Shown piece after piece: positions 59,249 through 64,000 of a DNA stretch of 64,000 nucleotides (positions are counted from its first letter, which is position 1; the number at the start of each line of letters is the position of its first letter). The notes beneath the pieces were generated by a model. That model did no database searches. It was given only the letters and a program-made list of their open reading frames with translations, and was not told the DNA's origin. The DNA lies in assembly GCA_964106645.2 (NCBI GenBank), contig OZ067044.1, one strand, 5' to 3'. The DNA comes from Podarcis pityusensis. Taxonomy: Eukaryota. The position numbers were made by a program, and so were the translations under genes.

Positions 59249-60374
59249 ATCTATGGAGATGTTTAGGGCACTGTAACTTTTTTCTTTCCACAAACCCATA
59301 AAGACATTACTTAAATAATGCAAAATTTCCCCAGAGAGTTTCACCAGACAGAAAAAGAGAGATTTATTTCATAAGGTTTGCAGCTGGCATATATAAGATA
59401 AACTCATGCATTTCCCCTGCCCGCTTTGACTACAGTAGATCATCTGAAATGCAGGTTCACATTATTTAAGCTGCAGGGATTTTGTTATGCCTTAACACTC
59501 GGTGTCAACCTTTCATCTGAGCTGAATACACTTCACAATTGCCCCTTTCTTCTTCAGATGTTCTGTAATAAAATCCTGATAGAAGATGCCATGTAAGCTT
59601 TCGATCCTCCTGGAAGAACAGTGGGAGGAAAGACAGAGCATTAGTAGTCTCTCTTTTCTGGGGTATTGAGAAGGGTGTCCTGAAATGCTTGCATAACTTT
59701 TATATTAGCTGCTCAATCCGCTCGTTTTTCAGTGACACTCAGTATCGGGTTGAGAGGCATTCTTCACCTTTTTGGCATGAGACTTGGGCCAAATTCTTTT
59801 CATCAGATCTGACTGATTGCAATTTTCTAGTCGGAAGAGGTCAGACGCACAAACAGAGCAATCCAGTATTCCTATTATGCTGGACCAGGGATAGTTTGCT
59901 GCTACTCCAGCAGAGCGGCTGCAACATCCAACGTGTGCTCAGTCATGGAGCGAAGCAGAAAAAACTCACAAGTAGAAAGCATGAAAAACAGTGTAAAAAT
60001 TACTGATGGATCCACAGCACCCCTGGAAATACTGTACAACTATTATGCGCCAAGCTGGGACCGTACTGGTCACGATGCCCAAATGCTGCATTTATACAGA
60101 GGGAGCCATAAAACCCATGCTGCAGACATCACAAGAGTAGGGAAATGCAGAGTTAGGGACTCTGCTCTTATCTGAGGCTAAACCTTGGCAGGAGGAAGAA
60201 AGGAATAAAGAAGCATTTTGCTTTTCCCAGCTGCTGCAGCAGTTTTAAGGACAAATATGAGCCCAATAATTCCTTGCTAATATTTTCCTGCTTTTGAACA
60301 TAGACCAGGTGATTATACATAATATTCAACAGGCAGTATTTCTGTTTGGTGTATGTTCTTAGTATTTATCCTAG

Positions 60375-60530
60375 TCTTCCCTAACCCAGTGCCCTCTGGG
60401 TGTTGCTGGACTACAACTCCCATCAACCCTGACCATCAGTCATACTGACTGGGGCGGTTAGGAGTTGAGGCCCAAATATCTGGAGTTGTGACCCAGAACA
60501 TCTGGAGGGCACTAAACTGGGGAAGCCTGC
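60375..60530. mobile_element. Degenerate palindromic MITE
   Basis: GGACTACAACTCCCATCA core with CTTCCC...GGGAAG ends. Confidence 0.65.
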
Positions 60531-60641
60531 CTTATTCTATTGTGAGTGCGCACACGCGAGCGGACGCACACACACTTAAAATCTCAGTGTGCAGGTGATC
60601 TTTTTTTTAAACTGAATTGTGTGTGTTTATTTTGCTTGTAG

Positions 60642-60798
60642 GAGCTACAATAATAGTTCCAGTCGAGGCTGCTGCTACTCCTGAAACAGAACAGCCAGCA
60701 AACCCAGAGACAGCACTGCCAGACTCCTCTCAGCGAAGGGGCTACCAGGAATATGCCATTCAGCAAACCCCTTACGAGCAACCGATGAAATCAAGCAG
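60642..60798 (+). CDS. ZFAT: ZFAT coding exon 5
   Basis: gcttgtag acceptor, gtaact donor, 157 nt (phase 1 to 2); ATIIVPVEA...RRGYQEYAIQQTPYEQPMKSSR. Confidence 0.95.
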
Positions 60799-62398
60799 GT
60801 AACTTCCATTTTCAAAACAAGTTCTGTTTCACTCCTTGCAGAAACACTGCATAACCTTAAAGCGACCGAAGGGAACCAACCAGCTGAAGCCAGGCTTCCA
60901 GAAAGATGATCCTGGAGGGTATAGAAATTTAATTAACACATAAATATTGGCGATTTCATTACACAGTGTAAGTATACTTTTTTAATAAATGCATCCAGTG
61001 GAATTTGCTGCTTGCCTCGTATTGGTCACGGGGTCCACAAGGCATAGTTTTTCAGGTGATTAGCATGACTTAAGATTGTATGAGGACAGTATCTGGTGAT
61101 GTAGCCCAACAGGTAGGGAACAAGGAAGAAATGGGAGGGAGGAAGGGAGCATGAGGCCAGAGGGGGAGTACAGGGCGCAAGTCAGTTGCAGGGTGCTTGG
61201 GCCAGATCCACCTGACCCAGGAAGGTTCATACGGGACTTCTGGCCAATCAGAATGGGGAGCCAATCAAGGGGGCAAAAACATCACCAAGTGTAGCCCCTT
61301 CCTCAGGTTTCTGTGTTGTCTATGTCAGTTATGAGAACCTAGATCCATCTGGTAGACCAGATCCCTATCTTCCCTACACCCACAGACCCAAGTCTGCCAG
61401 TTGGGCTGGGCCACCAACCTGTCAATCACCTGATGTCATTATGACATCACACGAACCATTTTTGCCCACACACTTTGAAATCGACCTGTGCGGGCAAAGG
61501 GGCAGCGCTGTGCAGGTCCTGACAGCCAGCTGTTGGTTCTGTGCATGAGACTTTGCAGGTGCCACTGATCGGCAGACCTCTTGTCATTCCAGCTGTGTCT
61601 TTACCTGCCTCACACTTGACAAGACAGGTGGGCATGGCTTGGTCAGAACAGCCTCATTGGCCAAATGGGGAGACCTTGCAAGTCAAATTAGAGCTGGATG
61701 TTCCCCACTTTTGGTCTATGAGTATCTCTTCCATGTCAGGACCTTCTAAATCCCCACATTCTAAGATATAATTACGATAGAGTGCTTGATATTTATTGTA
61801 TTTTTCTCTTTCCCCCCTTTTTTCTCCTCTTTCTGGTATTTTTTCTTATCTCTCTTCCTTAGATTAGTTTGGTTTTTCTTCCATTTCATGCTGAAAACAT
61901 TGAATAAAAATTGATTAATAAAATACAATAAATTCCCACAATCTAATCTGGCAGAGAGATTTGTTGAGAAATGTGCCACCTCCTCTCCACTGGTGACATG
62001 GGGCTGTCCAGAACTGAGGACGCACTTTTAAGATACAGATTCTAGGGTTGTCAAGAGTTTGTTTAATACCTCCAAGTTAGAAAAGAAATAAATGTTGAGC
62101 TCAACCTGAAAGTGGCTGGCAGCCCTCTTGTTGGCTAGCTAGTTACTGAACAGCAGCAAAAGGCATTTCTACCAACTTATTTCTTGGAATTGGCAAAGTA
62201 CCAGGGTGGGGGATCAAGTAAAACTGGGAGAAAAGTTGTCTCCTCCCCTTTCTGACCAACAGGAAGCATAGAAGGGCAGAGATAGGAGAAACAGTCATCC
62301 ACTCAGCCCCAACCAACCTGGTCTTGAAAGTTGGCCGACTTTGAAATGCCTGCCTTAGCGGCGTAAGCGATTTGTGTCTCAATCCCGTTTCTCTTTAG

Positions 62399-63843
62399 GT
62401 TGGGCGCAACCCAGCTGAAGATCTTCACCTGCGAATACTGCAACAAGGTGTTCAAGTTCAAGCACTCCCTCCAGGCCCACCTGAGGATCCACACCAACGA
62501 GAAGCCTTACAAGTGCTCGTTCTGCAGCTACGCCAGCGCCATCAAGGCCAACCTGAACGTCCACCTGCGGAAGCACACGGGGGAGAAGTTCGGCTGCGAC
62601 TACTGCCCCTTCACCTGCCTGAGCAAAGGCCACCTCAAGGTGCACGTGGAGAGAGTCCACAAGAAGATCAAGCAGCACTGCCGCTTCTGCAAGAAGAAGT
62701 ACTCGGACGTCAAGAACCTGATCAAGCATATCAAGGAAGCGCACGACTTGCAAGACAAGAAAGTGAAAGACGTCTTTGATGAGCTCCGGCTGATGACCCG
62801 CGAAGGGAAGAGGCAGCTGCTGTACGACTGCCACATCTGCGAGCGCAAGTTCAAGAACGAGCTGGACCGCGACAGGCACATGGTGGTCCACGGGGACGAG
62901 AGGCCCTTCGCCTGCGAGCTGTGCGGCCACGGAGCCACCAAGTACCAAGCGCTCGAGCTTCACGTCCGAAAGCACCCGTTCGTCTACGTCTGCAGCGAGT
63001 GTTCGAAGAAGTTTGTCAGCTCCATTAGGCTCCGCTCGCACATCAAGGAAGCGCATCGGGACTTGCAGGAGGCTTCCATTTTTAACAGCTCCATCAACCG
63101 GAGCTTTTGCCTCCTGGAACCAGGAGGGGACATTCAGCAAGAAGCCCTTGGGGAGGAGTTGTCGCAGACCGCGGCTGAGCTCTCGCTTTTAAACTCGAAG
63201 GAGCTGTGTATACCGAAGAAGTTGGGCAAATCGAGTGCGGTGGAAGGAAGCCAGGATGAGGACCCCGGTGGCAATTTGGAAACTTTCCCTGCTCCTCCTG
63301 TAGAACCTGATAGCTCTCCAGTTGCAAGCGGAACAGATTCACAGTGCCAGCCTGCGGCAGAATTAGCCTTGCCAGAAGCATGCCCAATTAGCGCTTCGGA
63401 TGACCTTCTGCAGAAAAGTGCTCCTTCGGCTTTGGATGAAGCGGAGACCCTCCCTGGAAAGGACTTGACTCCTGACCGTTCATTAAATTCGAAAGGCGAA
63501 GTAATGCAGATTTCTGGAGATGGGAGCCCCAGTATAAACCAGAACGAGCAAGTTCTGCAGTGTGCTCCTGTCCCTGAAGAAGAGGGCCAAACCCTCTGTC
63601 TAGGTGCTCAGGAAGCTGACAAGTCAGCTGCTGAAAAGGCAGACTCCCCCACGCCAATGTCCCATCCGGAATCCAACACCGCCATCAGCGAGAATTCAGA
63701 TTCTTGCACATTGCCTTCAGAGAATCGGACCGGAGCTGCGGCCTTTATGCAGATTTTGGATAGTTTGCAAAAACGGCAGATGAATACCGCCTTGTGTGAG
63801 AAGATCAGGAAAGTCTACGGAGACTGGGAGTGTGAATACTGTG
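62399..63843 (+). CDS. ZFAT: ZFAT coding exon 6 (large C2H2 zinc-finger exon); gene continues beyond the window
   Basis: ctctttag acceptor, gtgagg donor; LKIFTCEYCNKVFKFKHSLQAHLRIHTNEKPYKC... tandem C2H2 fingers, acidic linker, ends IRKVYGDWECEYC. Confidence 0.97.
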
Positions 63844-64000
63844 GTGAGGAGTATGCAGAGTCTGGGGGTGGGGGAATAAAATATACAAGGAAATCCAGGC
63901 TTATGTACTTCCTGGCTTACGTAGCTTTGTGGAAAGCTTTGGTGGGGTTGTTGTTTTTTTTTACTTCCTGCTGAGAAAAACAAAACAAAAACCAAGTTTG

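Noticed and set aside
62379-63140. 253-aa minus-strand ORF
   Set aside because: Antisense shadow of the GC3-rich ZFAT zinc-finger exon; no independent protein features.
63844-63974. ORF continuation EEYAESGGGG...
   Set aside because: Read-through into the intron after the GTGAGG donor at 63844.

Overview
Eukaryotic, repeat-rich vertebrate DNA. The repeat set (Sauria SINEs, a Squam3-like SINE, Bov-B, CR1, L2) points to a squamate, probably a lacertid lizard. The + strand carries the miR-30d (19.7 kb) and miR-30b (24.1 kb) hairpins, then the CpG-island promoter (~33.3-34.2 kb) and first six coding exons of ZFAT (zinc finger and AT-hook protein); the gene runs off the right edge. This matches the known vertebrate miR-30d/miR-30b/ZFAT arrangement. 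Highlights: (1) a young 4.3-kb Ty1/copia element in ZFAT intron 1 with an intact gag-protease-integrase ORF but no reverse transcriptase, only a frameshifted RNase H tail, a half-tRNAiMet primer site and atypical junctions; (2) a cluster of Penelope-like fragments with minimal hammerhead-ribozyme motifs forming long inverted repeats between the two miRNAs; (3) a candidate micro-exon whose donor overlaps the miR-30d basal stem; (4) three uORFs in the ZFAT leader; (5) several nested or deleted TE chimeras and a truncated retroviral-type LTR with PPT. Family names come from motif recognition, not database searches.
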